Assembly (NCBI RefSeq): GCF_000142905.1
Contig: NW_013657664.1
Span: 276,133-340,132, forward strand
From: Thecamonas trahens ATCC 50062
Lineage: Eukaryota; Protista; Apusomonadida
Direction of reading: 5' to 3'
DNA: 64,000 nt
In this document: positions 10,073 through 23,369 of the stretch, one piece after another
Layout of the letters: each line of letters opens with the position of its first letter
How positions within the stretch are numbered: position 1 is the stretch's first letter
The notes under the pieces: generated by a model
What the model saw: the letters and a program-made list of their open reading frames with translations, nothing else
Told to the model about the DNA's origin: nothing
Database searches by the model: none
Made by a program: the position numbers and the translations under genes

Positions 10073-13000
10073 CTACCGCTGGGCGCTGTCTCGCGGGCGG
10101 ACAACTTGAAGAAACTCGCCCGTTGACGCACGGTACACTGCGCCGATCTCTGCAAGCTTATCCTCGCGATCACCGACAACGCACACCAGCCTGTCGCGGC
10201 CACCGATCATTCGCCGAAGTGCAATCACGAACCTTGCGGCCGGCGCGTCCGGCACTACAATCTCTGACACGTCACCAAACCCGATGTTCAGTGGCTGCGC
10301 AGACGTCACTAGACCGCGGAGCATGTTGAGCGAGACTTCGGCGGCCCGCCGCGCCGGCATTTGGCCTGTTGCATCTGCCCGTGTCGCAAGCACCTCAGGC
10401 TCTGGCGCCTGCATCAGCGCCGCCCGCGCCCGGTGGCCCCAGGACCGCATCGACTTGCGCGCAGACGCCGCCAGCACGCAGTCGTGCAGGACGTCTGCGA
10501 GGGCAAAGACTAGGATGCCGTCCATCGACACTACAAGCACGTGGTCAATCATCCGCCGCTCGCCGGCGTGCGGCCCGGCCTCCATCTTAGCCACAAAGTG
10601 CGTCACATACTCGCATCCGTGGTCAACGCACCAGCCCGAGAGCCCGGCCTTGAGAAGCGCCTCTGTCCGGGCCGGCGAGACGTGGACTCGCTTCTGCACC
10701 ACGTACTGTCCGGTCCCGGTCGAGTTCTTGAGGCCTTCAAAGACCTTGCTGAGCAAGTCAAACGTGCCGTCGATCGACTTGAGCGGGAGCCCCACAAGGC
10801 CCTTGCCAGTGCCGAGCATTCCGCCCAGCAGCCACCCGCGTCGCTGCGCGCCGTACCACGGCTGAAGCACCAGTCCCGAGCACCCAGACCACAGCCCGCG
10901 CCCAAACTCGAGTGAACCGAGCCCAAAGCCGACAACCACGTTGCGTGGATGCCGCCGCGCCGCCCGTCGCTTCACCGCAATGTATCGGTCATCAAACGTC
11001 AGCCGTGCTGCGCTTCGGGCCACCGTCGACGTGATTTTGTACAGCGACATCAGCGCCGCGTCGCTCACGTTCTTGACCAGCGAGTATGTCCCGCGCGCAA
11101 GGCCGAAGAAAAACGCCCCAGGCGTGTCGTCCATCACTAGCGCATTAAACGGCAGCCGCACAAAGTCGGTGCACCCCTCACGAATCCGCGCCAGCGCACC
11201 CAGCGGGTTGCCGATGACGTCGAGCGAACCCACAAACACCCCCATGTCCGCCAGACCCAGCGTGTTGTCAAAGTACATCTTGCGGAGCGCAGGCACAAGC
11301 TCTGCTCTTGAGACAAACCACTGCATCTGCTGACAATGCGCAAGCTCCAGTGGCGCGCCATCCCGAATGATCGGCCAGTCCATGTCGTTGTCTCCCACAC
11401 ACACCATGATTGAGATTGGGAAAATAACCAGCGCGTCGATGTACATCTCATCAGTCTCACTCCGCTGGAGACCCACAGGCAGCGGGTTCTCGTCCACCAC
11501 GTACCGTGCTCGCCGCACGCTCGGATCCTTCGCCCCGAGTGTCTTCCGCGCTTTGTCTTCGCCGCCAAAGAACGCCCGCATCTCCACGAGCTTGGAGACC
11601 AGTCCGCCGTCGATCTTGGCCACGAGTGGGAGGAGGCGAAGACCGCAGTACTCGATTGACCGGAACCCGTCGTCAATCGACCACTCGAACAGCGCCTCCA
11701 CCATCGACGCGTCCTGCGACCCGATGCCTGCGTGCGAGTCCGCCAGCGCAAGCACCACGTCGTACTCGGCCAGCGGCATCATGTTGTCCACCTGCACGTT
11801 TCCGACCGTCAAGTGCGCGTGTTCTTTGCCGCCAGTCATGTGCACCTCGCACCGCACCTCCTCCAGCGACATGTGCACGAGCTCGCCGCCGCTCGCCTCG
11901 TCTGCAAGCGTGACTCCAGCAGCAGGCACACGGATGCGGAGTCGCGCAGAGCCTGGGTCGTCGTCGTCGCCACCACCGCCGCCGCCACGAGAGCCGCCGC
12001 CGCCGCTTCCCTCCAGGACCACGGCCTTGGTCACACCGCGCATCCGTACCACGTACCTCAGTCGCTGCAGCCCACCGGTGTTGGCGCCTGCCTCTCCTTC
12101 GGGCTCGCTGTCGTCGCCGTCGCTTGCCTCGCCGCTTGCCTCACCCTCCCCGCCAAAAAGCAGCGCATCCACGTCGAGTGCGTCCACGCCCACGCCGTGC
12201 AGCGCCGCGAGATCGCTCGCGTTGAGACTCATTCGGACAGATCGCCGCGACCGCGTCCGCGTCACGACGCCCCGCGCCGCGTTGCTGCTGCTTGTGCCCG
12301 GGATTGAGCCGTAGCCTCTAGCCTCGGATGCCAACGACGTCCACTCTCCGCTACCTTCGAGGTTGACCTCGCCATCGCCAAGCGCCTGGACTGCGAACGG
12401 ATGCGACCAGTCAAGCGGGAGGAGAAGCCGCACAATTTGGCCATCTACCACGCCCAGCCGTCCGGTCGGCGGATCAGCAATCCGAAACTCGCTGACTGGA
12501 TCCCATGGCACCGACGTCACTCGCCCCTCGCCCAGCCGCGCCACTTGGATCCGCCGGTGCGAGACCGAGCTCGGCCAATGCAGCGGCTTCATCTCACCGG
12601 GAACAAGAACCACCAGCTCCTCGGGCTCCTGTGAGAGGCCAGCTGTCGGCGACCGAGGTCCCAGTGGGAGCGTGTGCGCGTGCCGCCGCACCACGAGCGT
12701 CTCCTTGCTCCGGTTGATGATCACCTGCTCCGCGGCCTCGCGCGCTGGGTTGAGCGCCACATGTGAGACAAAGCCGATGTTAGTGACAACCACTTCAAAG
12801 GTATGGTACTCGAATCGGCCGTTGCCGCCCAAGGACGCTAGCCGGACCGTCGATGCCTTGGACTCGGCCTCATCGAGTCCGATCCGGACCGAGCCCCAAA
12901 CGTCACCGCTATCGAGCACCTCGATCGGCCGCTGCAGGCAGTGGTCCAACGCATGCAGTCGATCGCCGGGCTCACCGAGTCCGACCATGACCCGCATCGT

Positions 13001-16000
13001 CCACTTGGCCACATCACGCGTCTCACCGGCGCCCACTGTCACTCGCGAGCCTCTGGCCTCTGCAAGCGGCACCGTGTCTAGCCGCACTACCCGGTCGAGG
13101 TTGTTGATGATTCTCAGCCTTGGCTTCCAGGCCACTGCCCGCGCCGAGCCGTCCAGCACTCGCACCTCTTCAACCACAGAGCATTGTGTGGAGAGGTTCA
13201 GGATGCGGGTCGACTCGGAGGTCAGCGCACCCACAGCATGCCACTCGGGCACGCCGGCCTCGCGGACCAGCAGCGACTTTTCCGCCGGCTCTCCACGCCA
13301 CGAAAATGGGATCTTGCTCCCAGGCTCGAGTGCCAGCACTGCATCGCTCCCGTGCTGCTTCACATCAAGGCTCACCTCGGTATGGTTGACCAGCACATAC
13401 GGAACCAACACAAAGACCGACCGCGCCCCACAACCGCGCGCGTACCGCTGGTTGACCCGAACACTCAGCTCGAGCTCGGGCTGCGCCGTCACGTCGCGGG
13501 TCGACGACCGAACGCCCACAAGAAGCGCTCGTGGGACCTCGAGCGCCACCCCATCCGACCACACGTCGTAGCCCGGCAGCAGCCGGAACGCAAGGCTTCC
13601 GGTAGCTTCGACAAACATGGGCCGTGTTTCGTAAGGTGGAAGCTCATCAGAGCCAATCAGCTCTGTACCCACGGTAAACTCGAGTGGGAACGGCGACCGA
13701 TTGGCGATAACTAGCGGCGGAACCAGCGACGCCGTTTGCTGTGAGCCGCCGGAGCCAAAGCCAAAGACCACAAGGACCGAGAGATCCTGCTGGCTTCCCG
13801 ATGGGCCGGCTTCTCGTGGCAGCCGCAGCGGCGTTACCGAGCCCGGCCTGCCAAACGCAAATGGCGCCGACCATGCGTCTGCGCCGTGGAGCTGGACCTG
13901 CCACGAGGCCTGGGTCCAGTTCTCGTCGTGGCACATCGCTACTGACGCTCCTGCTTCCACGTGCCGCGCTCGCCCAGCTTCAGGCCCTCCCACGCACCGG
14001 ATGGTGACCCGGAATGGCGTGTCGTTGACCAGTGCATGCGCGCATGTCAGCCGGACAATCTTCTTCAGTCCCCGCGCTTCGACAGAGGCTATGACTCCGC
14101 GCGTGAGCGGGACCTCTTGCCATGTCGCCAGCTGCGCCGCCGACGAGGTCAACGAGAGCGAAGACGACGATGCCGCCACCGACGAAAGCGGTGAAAACGA
14201 CGAGACTAGCGGATCTGCAAAGCCCAACCGTGCCGCCGATGCCGTGTTGATGCCCTTGTGAAGAATCACCGTCGATGAGCCGGCCGACGCCAGTGCCAGC
14301 GGATGCGCCGTCTGCCAGCCGGTCTCCCACTCGAGGTCCAGTGCCTTGGGCAAGTACGGGTTGGCGAAAGCAAAGACCGTCGAGCTCGACGGCCCGACTC
14401 GGACTGTCTGCTTGGACCGCGTCTGGCCAAACGTGACAGCTGTCTCAGTCTCATTGATCAGCACGTACTCGAGGTGTGAGAGCATGTCATTTGACATGGC
14501 TGCCTCTTCGCGCGAGAACAGCGCCACGTACTCGGTCATCTGCCGCAGAATCTCCTTGGTGAGGGTCACCTCGACGGCTGTCAGTGCCACAAGCTCAGCT
14601 TCGAAGCGCGACCGCTTTGAGTTCACCGTCCACGGCAGAACCCGACCGTTGATCCCCATCACAAACGGATGGATGACTGTCTCTGGAATGGTAAAATTGA
14701 CGTTGTTGACCATGACCTCGAGCTGGCCCACAGCCTCAAACTCGGCATCGCCCTCCTGCGGAATCGACGCCATACCCGACGCCTCGTCGGCGTACACATA
14801 GAAGAGCACAACCTGGTCGGCGTAGTCCGAGACAACGCTCACGTCCAGCGCCTTGATTCCGACCTTGATCTCCTTGGGCACAAAAAGTTCGTCGCGATCT
14901 CTGCTGGTGTCCGCCATCGCTGTGCTGGCGGCCACCGGCCGCGTCCGTGCTTCGCCGAGCTCGGTTGCGTACCGGTCCACAATCCGCCAGCACACCAGCG
15001 ACTTGCGGACAGAAATCTCCGCCACAATCGGCTCGGCCTCGGCGGTGATGGCCATGAATGGTGTGCCGAGCAGGCCCTGCGCCTTGTACGAAGACGAGAC
15101 CCGTGTGGAGAACGGCTGAATGACTAGCACGTTTTGCGAGACGCGCAGTGTCGCTGGATCTGCCGTCACAAGCCGAACAAGCGCCGCTCCAACAAACGCA
15201 TCGGTCTGGTTGACCGAGAGGTCGTACGCGCACGCATTGTTCTCGTTCGACACAAACATCGTCTGAGTCGCAAGCTCGAGCACCGACGTCTGGCTTCCCA
15301 CTGACGTCTCCTGCAGGACCAGCGACGGGTCGCGGACCACAGCCTTGAGTAGGATCTTGTTGCGACGAAATTCGGCCCACGGACTCGGCTCTGCCGACGG
15401 CTCCGAGTCGAGGCGGACACGCGATGCGGGGAGACTGTCGCTCGACGCGCCCGCGCTTGACGGCCCTGCGACGACAGCCACCATCTGCTCGCTGACCGCT
15501 GCAGCGGCTGCCGCCTGCACCTGCGCCTCTTGCAGCGTTCGTTGAGCTGTCGGAAGGTCGAGGACCGTGCCCCGACCAAGCATTGCCGTCATTGACCGCT
15601 GCATCCGAAGGTAGCGCCGCCGCACAGCCTGTTGCGCACCGAGGGCGGAGAAGAACGTGGTAATGCCGTCCACCACCTGTGGTGCGTAAAGGCCGATCAG
15701 CGGGGCCACGTCCATGTTCCACCGCCGCCGCGCAACGTGTCGCTCTGCCGTTGTCGACCACTCGTACACGCCCTGCGAGGAAAAGGTGATCGAGTCGGTC
15801 GCTTCGGCCTGCGATGCCCGCGAGCTGGTCTCATACACCGACACAACCGTTGCGAGCAGGGCCACGCCATGGTCGGTCTCGTGGCTCCCGGGCGCGGGAC
15901 GCTCTAGCGCGCGTGCAACAGAGCCCGATGCTGCCGAGCTGCAAGCGTGCGATCTGGGCAGTGGTGTACAAGGCAGTTCTGAAGACGATGACGATGACTC

Positions 16001-19000
16001 GAGATCAAGCTCGGTTGCAGCGCCCGAGTCGGAGTATGAGACTGAGTCCAAGTCTGAGCTCGAGCTCGAGCTCGAGCTCGAGCTTGAGACTGTGGTTGAG
16101 GTGGCTGCGGATACTGACGAGCGCACGGCCGAGTCGGTCATTGACGTGAGTCCGTCGTCGCTATCGAGAGGCAGTGGCGACGGTTGACCAATCACTGCCG
16201 ACAAGTCCAAGACCAACTTGCCACTGGCAGTGCTGGGCAAGATCGAAGGCCGCGATTGCGTGCCCGGCGACGGTGAGGCCAGAAACGAGACACCGATCTG
16301 GCCAGGCGAGTCGAGCTCGTCGGCATCAAACCAGCCATTGGCAAGCCCAACTCGTGGCGTTGTGCCGGCTGCAGAGTCAGCCAACGGTGGGGATGGCGCG
16401 TGGCTCATGGTTGGCGTCCGCCACGACGCACTGCGCGGCGTCTGCCGGTCAGACTCCCGCCCGGCCGGCATGCGCGAGGCTGCAAAGCCCTGTGCGAGAT
16501 CCTTGGGCATGAGCACGGTTGTGCCGGTCCCATCACGGACGACAAGCTCACTTGCCACCATCTGGTAGTCCCACCCCGGCTTGAGGCTCCCGTCGACCGA
16601 GCTGACCGAGTCGGCCAGAGCAAGGCGGAGATTCTCGACCAAAAACGTGGTGAGCGGCGGGGCATGGAGGCCTGCGGCCGGATCGGCGAGGGTGAGCGCC
16701 AGCGCCCCAAGCGTCAAGTGTACGCTTCGGGTGTTGCCGACATGGCGCGGCGGAGAGGTCGACGATGCCTGCTGCGGCAGCGGCGGGAGCGGGCGGGCAG
16801 CGCGCGCGACGTCGCCAAAGGTCCGCCGGTTGGAGACACGCTGCGGAAGGCACGTGCGAAACGCGCTTGGTTTTCAGCAGAGTTGATAAGGAGGACCAGC
16901 TGCTCACGCGAGAGCGAGAGCTGGACCTCGGGCATGACGACGGACCACTGCGAGACCCAGGCTTCGAGCGCAGGATCAAGCCAGCGGAGCGAGGCGACAG
17001 CAGCGTCGGTCGGGGCCGCTAGCGGCGAGCGGTGCAGCACGCCATGCTCGTAGACAAAAGCCGAGATGGCCGCACCGCGCCAGGCGGTTGAGACCAGCTC
17101 GCGGTTGAGGTCCAGCCCGCGGCGGCTGACATCAACTTGCTCAACAACTACAGGAACACACTCGACGGTCTCGGGAGTCTCTACAACGAGCAGCTCGCAC
17201 GAAGTGAGCCGCACGTCGTAGTTGGCGCCCGAGACAAACTGGCGGACGTCAAGTCGGGCGTCACGGGCGAGAATGAGGTCGGCAAGCGCGTCTACCACCG
17301 ACGCAGCCTGCTCCTGGGCAGCGGCGGATGCCGATGAGCCGGAGAGCGAGCCATTGGCAAAGGCGACAATGTCTGCCATGGCTGGTAGGAGTAGACAGAC
17401 GCGGACGCCGTCGAGCCTGACCCAGGCCGCGTCAAAGGCAATCTTAGAGTAGGCCGGCGAGAGCCAGTCAAAGGCTTGTGCGCCGAGTGGCGACGCTGGT
17501 GGGATGGCCATGATGTCGGAGAACTGGGTGCAGAACGACTCTGGCCCGAGCTGGAGCGCCGGCGGCATGTTGACTCGCAGGTGCTCGAGTCTGACCACCA
17601 AGTTGGCCTGCTGTCTTCCGCTGGAGGTGCTGACGTGTGCAGGCAGGCCGAAGACCGGCGCCGCCGATGCCATCGGCGTGACTAGAGAGGCAAACGGTGA
17701 GGCCGAGTGCTTAGGTGAGTGGACGTCAAAGGTCTCAACCTGAGCCTTGAGGACCAGCATGGCGATGTGCGTTTCGGCGACGACCTGGCAGCCTGCAGCC
17801 GAAAAGACCGCGAGGGTGACTGGCGGCATGCCGGGCTCGTCATGGAGGAGCGAGATCGCCGCCGACTCGCAGTGAGTCGAGAGGAGGGAGACCATCGGAA
17901 TGTCGGTGAAGATGTCCTCGTCAAGATCAAGGGTGTCGAGCAGGAGAGTATGAGTGGTGGAGTCGGACTGCGGCGGCGCCTCAGCAAAGGTCCGCCACAG
18001 ATAGCGGAGGCGCCCGGCAAAGGCAGACGACTCGACGCGGGTGTGAAACAGAATGCGTTGCTCCATGACCGACTGTAGGTAGGCGTAGTGATGCTGGGTG
18101 AGGCTCAGTGCCACATCCGAGAGCGAGAGCCACAGCTCCAGCTGCGGCAGGTCGGTGCGGCTCTCATCGTCGCCAACGAACCACTCGTGGAAGGCGAGGT
18201 CGACAACGACGTTGAGCGGCGGGAGGGCAAGCCACGGCTCGACGGCGCTAGGGTGGCGGACATCGGTGACGGCGAGAGCGACGTTTTTGCACTGAAGCTG
18301 GAATCGCTGGACGTGCTGCGGCGGGAGGGTGTCGAGGGCATGTGCGAGGGCAAAGGTCGAGGTGATGTCGGTGTCTGCGACCGGAAAGACACCCGCGGGC
18401 GCGACAAACAGTGGGTTCGAGCCAAACACCGAAGGTGGCGGCACTGATGGCGCGACAGTAGCCAGGACAATGTTGTCGGCAGAGAGTCGCCAGGCCTGAG
18501 CCGAGAGCACCATCGGGCCGACGTAACCGTTGTACGGCGGGAGGGCGATCGACGGCGAGCGGAGCTCAAAGGTGCAGAGCATGTCGTCGTAGAGAACCGA
18601 CTCGACGAGCGAGTCGACGCGCTGGGCAAGGCGCTCGGCAGGGACAAGGGCAGAGAGGACCTGCGACGCCGGAGTTACCGTGCTTGCGACTCGACGCAGG
18701 AGCTCGCGGTCGTAGACGGCATCAAAGGCGAGGATGCGCCCAGTGAGCTCGCGGCCAAAGACGACATCCGACTCGGCGCGAGTGTCGAGTTTGAGATGGC
18801 GCGGGATGTGGCGGATGACGTACTTGAGCTTGAGCAACGGCGGCCCTCCGCGGGTGCCCGGGTGTTGTGCGGCGAGTTCAGCCGCCGACGCCGACGAGGC
18901 AACCTGGCTTGTGGGCGAGAGGGCGGTGGTGTAGCTGGGATGCTTGGTCGGAGGCGCATTGAGCTCGCGGCAGACAAGCGACTGCATCGAGACCTGCAGC

Positions 19001-20663
19001 TCAGACTGAGTAAACTTGAGATTTTGCATGCCGTCGGCCGCCGCCGCCACTGACTCGGGATCGAGGGCGAGCCGGCTGAGAAGCTCGGATGGGAGCGGGA
19101 GATTGGGGATGAACGAGATGGTGGGATTGACAAAGACGGCCTCGAAAAACGCGGCTGCCGGCGACTCTGGCTCGAGCAGCTGGACCACCAGCGAGTCGAC
19201 TTGAAGCGAGATGAGGTTGTGCTGAATGTCTTCGGCAGGAGTAAACTCGATCTCCAGGTCTGCGTCGCCGGTGAGCGAGAGCTCGGCAGCTGACGGCGTT
19301 GCAGCGGCCGACTGCGAGGTCATGGACGCAAGCGAGGCCATTGAGGAGCCCGATGAGTCCGAGGCAATCGACGAGACATCGTCGATCTCGCGAGGCTCTG
19401 ACGGCGCAGTGAGCTGGGCAAGCGCCTCTTGGGTGAGTGGGTCGAACGCTGGTGCCGACGTTGAATCGGAAGCCGGCTCGGTGAGTGACGCTGGGCCGTG
19501 AGCCTTTTTGCGGTTGACAATCCGGCGAAGGCGCGAGCCCCATCCCTTGCCCTTGCCCTTGCCCTTGCCTGCTTCCTCGACCTCGGGAGATGTGGAAAAT
19601 GCGGACGCCGGCGGTGGCGGGAGGCTGCGGGGCGGGCGGGATCGCGGTGGGATGGCAGGCGGCGCCTGGGCGGGAGCTCGCTCCGACTCGGGAGTCTTGG
19701 CGGGAGGCAGCGTAGGAGCGGCAGCGAGCGCATCTTGGATGCCAACAACAGTGTGGGCGATGTCCAGGAGATGGCTCTGGTTGACGGCAACGACGACGCG
19801 GCGGGAGTCGATGAGAAAGGCGAGATGCGCCTTGACTGGGAGATTGTCACGGGCATCGGCAAACTTGCCGGTAAAGTGGATGGCGAGCGGGATGTTGTCG
19901 AGGAGGCGGACAATTGGGGGAGCAAGCTCTGCTTTCGGCACGCAGGTGGGGACCAGATCGAGGGTGACGGCAGCGGCGTTGAGGGCCTTGTACAAGAGCA
20001 CGACCGACGAGTTCTTGTTCACCTTGCGCGACTCGCGGAGATCCACGACTTCAAAGTCTGGGTTCGTCGACGCAAGCACTACGTCTTCCAGCGAGAGAGC
20101 AAACATGTTGGGAGCGCCGCTGGTGGCGAGCGTGATGAGGCCTGTGGCAAGGCGGAAGGAGATGCCGTCAATGACCTTGTTGATAAAGCCGCGCTTACCC
20201 TTGCCCTTGCTCTTATCTTTCTCTCTTTCCTTTTTCTTCTTCTTCTTCTTCTTCTTTGTCTTGTCATCATCGCGGACGTCCTCGCCTGTGCTACTCGATG
20301 GCAGTATCGGCACAGCAGCTTCGCGCAGATCGATGCGGACGTGGCCGAGGTCAAAGACGACTGGGTCAGTCTTGAGACGCTTCCACGGCACGATGACTTT
20401 GATGGCCGATGAAGCAGCATTGGCAATGGCTAGCTGCGGAGGTAGGTTGAGGAGGGCAGCAACAGCATCAGGCTTGAGCTCTACAAAAGTGTGCCCGTGT
20501 GTGAGTGGAGCCGCAAGCATGATCAGAGGCGAAGCAGGAGAGGGGAAGGAAGGGCGGCCGTACGGACGTCACGGATCTCCCAGTTGACCATGCGGTCGGA
20601 GGAGTAGTCAACAATGTATGCCTCTAGCCGTGAGCGCAGTGCGCGCTTGACTAGGGCCTCCAT
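10073..20663 (-). CDS. VPS13: Bridge-like lipid transfer protein (VPS13B-like C-terminal half, BLTP3-like chorein N-terminus); intron 20481-20563; apparent frameshift ~16800-16845
   Basis: Exon 1 MEALVKRALRSRL splices (GTACGG..TGTAG) into chorein-N PWKRLKTDPVV; VAB-type repeats (YVLINET, LVIANRSPFPL, YVLVNHT); C-terminal VGSLDVIGNPLG..DFVRLPF..GAFFFGLARG; two long ORFs join with a one-base shift. Confidence 0.85.
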
Positions 20664-20784
20664 GGCCCTCTGTCTGGGTGTGTGGTGTGTGGAGAGTGGG
20701 GTGGTTGGAGTGGTGCGCGACACGTGCGAGTTGGTCGAGTGGCACGAGCGAGGGTGTCATCATGCACGGGGTGGGACGGGCGGT

Positions 20785-21590
20785 TTACTGCTCATCGGGG
20801 GTGCGGGAGGATGATGTGGGCGGCGGTGGGCCGAGGGAGAGGTCCAAAAACATGCCGTTGTCGATGGGAATATGGTAGCCGGGGCCAGACCACGAGTAGG
20901 GGATGGGATCGGCCGACGGCGGACGGGCGACGAGCGATCCTGCGACCGAGTGCACCAGTGCAGCTTCGAGAGGCAGGATCGGGACCGGAACCTCGTCTTG
21001 GGACCGTCCGGAGAGAATATCGTCGAGAAGAGCGCGCATCTCGGCCTTGGTCCGTGGCTTGAGATCGAGGAGCCAGCCGGCAGAGATGAGGTCGACAAGC
21101 AGGCCCGGCGCAGGCGCGGCCAGGCCCTTTGCGGCGCGGCGCTCTGCGGCCGTCACCGGGATGCCATCGATGGACCGCAGCTGCCAGCCAAAGGCCAGCA
21201 GAGTCATGGTCCGGAAGTGGACATGGGAAGCGATGGGGTTGCGAGCCAGCAGGACCGACTTGAGCCGCGGCTGCGGGCGGGCGCCGGCTAGCGACGTCAG
21301 CTCGTTGCCTGAGACGTCCAACTCCTCCAGCACCGGCTGGACACCGAGACCGGCGAGCGAGGTCAGCGCGTTGTCGGAGAGGTACAGGTGCTTGAGATCG
21401 GGCAGCGGCGGCATGCCTTGTAGCGAGCATACACCCGATGATGCTAATGCCAGCGCCTGTGGAGGGGGTGAGTGGAGGGGTGGGGGAAGGGGGGGCGGGT
21501 GGGGGAGGGGGTGGGCATAGGGATGGAGCGTACGCCGAGGCCGACGCACGGGTTGAGCTCGGCGTAGGAGCGGAGGCGGCGAGATGCCAT
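20785..21590 (-). CDS. Leucine-rich repeat protein (SDS22-like LRR with LRRcap); intron 21457-21533
   Basis: LKHLYLSDNALTSL, LEELDVSGNELTSL, LLARNPI..LRSIDG; GTACGC donor and CACAG acceptor give an in-frame join. Confidence 0.75.
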
Positions 21591-21738
21591 GCTGAGTGTA
21601 TGCGTGTGTGTGAGAAAGTGTGTGTGTGGCTGCTTGTGAACGTGAGTGGTGAGGTGTCGGCTGGCGCGCGGGCGTGGCCGACAGGCGCGGTTGTGTGAGT
21701 TTATACGATGGCTGTGCAAAGCAGGTTCGTTGGCAGAA

Positions 21739-22812
21739 TCACTCGGCGATGGAGCCGCGCTGGATGAGCTCAACCTTGTAGCCGTCGGGATCGACGACGA
21801 AAGCGATGGTCTTCATCTGGCCGTCTTGGGGACGCTTGGCAAAGGGCACGCCGGCGGCGTCGAGGGCATCACAGGTAGCAACAAGGTCGTCGACGATAAA
21901 GCCAGTGTGGCCAAAGGCGTACTTTGAGGCGTCGCCGGGCTGGTAGGTAAAGTCGGCGTCCGACTCGGTCCCGTGGTTCCAGGTCAGCTCGAGGACGGGC
22001 GACCAGAGGGTCTTCATAAAGTCAAACGCGGCCTGGGACGACGGATCGAGATCGGCGGGGAGGCGGGCGAGTTCGGCGTCGGAGAGGTGGGCCAGAAAGT
22101 AGAGCGAGAAAGCCGCGTCAGGAAAGTGCTTCTCGGCGATGAGCTGCATGCCAAAGACATGGCCATAGAAGGCGAGCGAAGCTGCCGGGTCCTTGACGCG
22201 GATCATGGTCTGCGAGAGGTTGACGAGACCCTTGCCGGCCGACGGGGCGTCCTCGGCGCGCTTGATGATCTCGATCCAGTAGCCGTCCGGATCGAGGGCA
22301 AAGGCGAGACCCTTCATCCGCCCGCCGTCGGGCTTCTTCTGGAACTGGACGCCGGCGGCCTCGAGCTCGGCGCACTTTGCGTAGACATCGTCGACAAAGA
22401 CGGCAATGTGGCCAAAGCCGCGGTTCGGCTCAATGTTTCCCGAGTGGTAGAGGCCCGGCTGCGGGCCGTTTTCCTCTGATCCGTGGTTGTGCGTCAGCTC
22501 AAGGGTGGTGACGTTGGTGGAGAAGAGCCACGAGTGGGCAGCGTCCGAGCCGGGCTCGCCATCGGGCCCGGCCTGGCCTTCCTCGAGGGTGGCCAGAAAG
22601 TAGACGGTGAAGCTCCACTGCGGAAAGTCGTACTTGTCGACAAGGGTAAAGCCGTAGTGGGTGGTGTAGTGCTCGATCGAGGCCACAGGGTCCGAGACCC
22701 GGAGCATGGTCTGCTGCCAGAACGGCTTGTTGCTCGCCACGGTCGCCACCGCCGCGGCGTCGTAGCTCGAGTTGGCGATGAGCTCACTCGCAGGTGCCAT
22801 AGAGGTGCTCAT
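21739..22812 (-). CDS. GLO1: Glyoxalase I (lactoylglutathione lyase), two-domain monomeric type
   Basis: Two copies of QTM(L/I)RVxDP, LELTxNHG(S/T)E, FGH and DPDGYx(I/V)E. Confidence 0.95.
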   Translation of the reverse strand: MSTSMAPASELIANSSYDAAAVATVASNKPFWQQTMLRVSDPVASIEHYTTHYGFTLVDKYDFPQWSFTVYFLATLEEGQAGPDGEPGSDAAHSWLFSTNVTTLELTHNHGSEENGPQPGLYHSGNIEPNRGFGHIAVFVDDVYAKCAELEAAGVQFQKKPDGGRMKGLAFALDPDGYWIEIIKRAEDAPSAGKGLVNLSQTMIRVKDPAASLAFYGHVFGMQLIAEKHFPDAAFSLYFLAHLSDAELARLPADLDPSSQAAFDFMKTLWSPVLELTWNHGTESDADFTYQPGDASKYAFGHTGFIVDDLVATCDALDAAGVPFAKRPQDGQMKTIAFVVDPDGYKVELIQRGSIAE

Positions 22813-23369
22813 GTTGATTGAGTAGGGTAGTCAAAGTGTGGGACCGGAGTTGGGTGGTGGATGTCGATGACCGGTACGTCTGGGGTAGCGGCTGGCAGGT
22901 ACTCTGCTGTCTGTGTCTCGGGTCGCTCAAGAGGCGGCGCAAACCGGGAAGACCGGCGGCCTTTTTGATGATTCGCCGTCATCTTTACCTTCCTTTGCTG
23001 GTTTCCCCTCCGTGCCACACGCCGCGGGGTCGGATGCGCTGTGTAGGAGAATGGCAGAGGCGGAGAAGGGCGGGGAGAGGTTGAGTCGAGAGCGGGTAGG
23101 TGTGCATGTGTGTGTGTGTAGGGTGTGTGTGACTTGTACCGAGGGAGGGCGGCATGGTTGCTGTCGTGCCTGTCCGGACAGGTGCGGGGCTTGGTGCGGG
23201 CCGAGGTGGACCGGTTTGGGCCGGGCCGTCCGATGGCAGCGGTCGGCAAGCGGCGGCCGACTCTTGGCGGGCTGAGGCGACGTGGCACGATGTGGGGAGG
23301 GGAGGGGGAGCGGATCGTGCGTAGAGAGCGCGCGCTTTGAGTACTTGTCTTGCTCTGGGCACGACAACG

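Noticed and set aside
16056-16084. (GAGCTC)n palindromic tandem repeat
   Set aside because: Encodes a poly-Ser tract in VPS13; ordinary coding slippage
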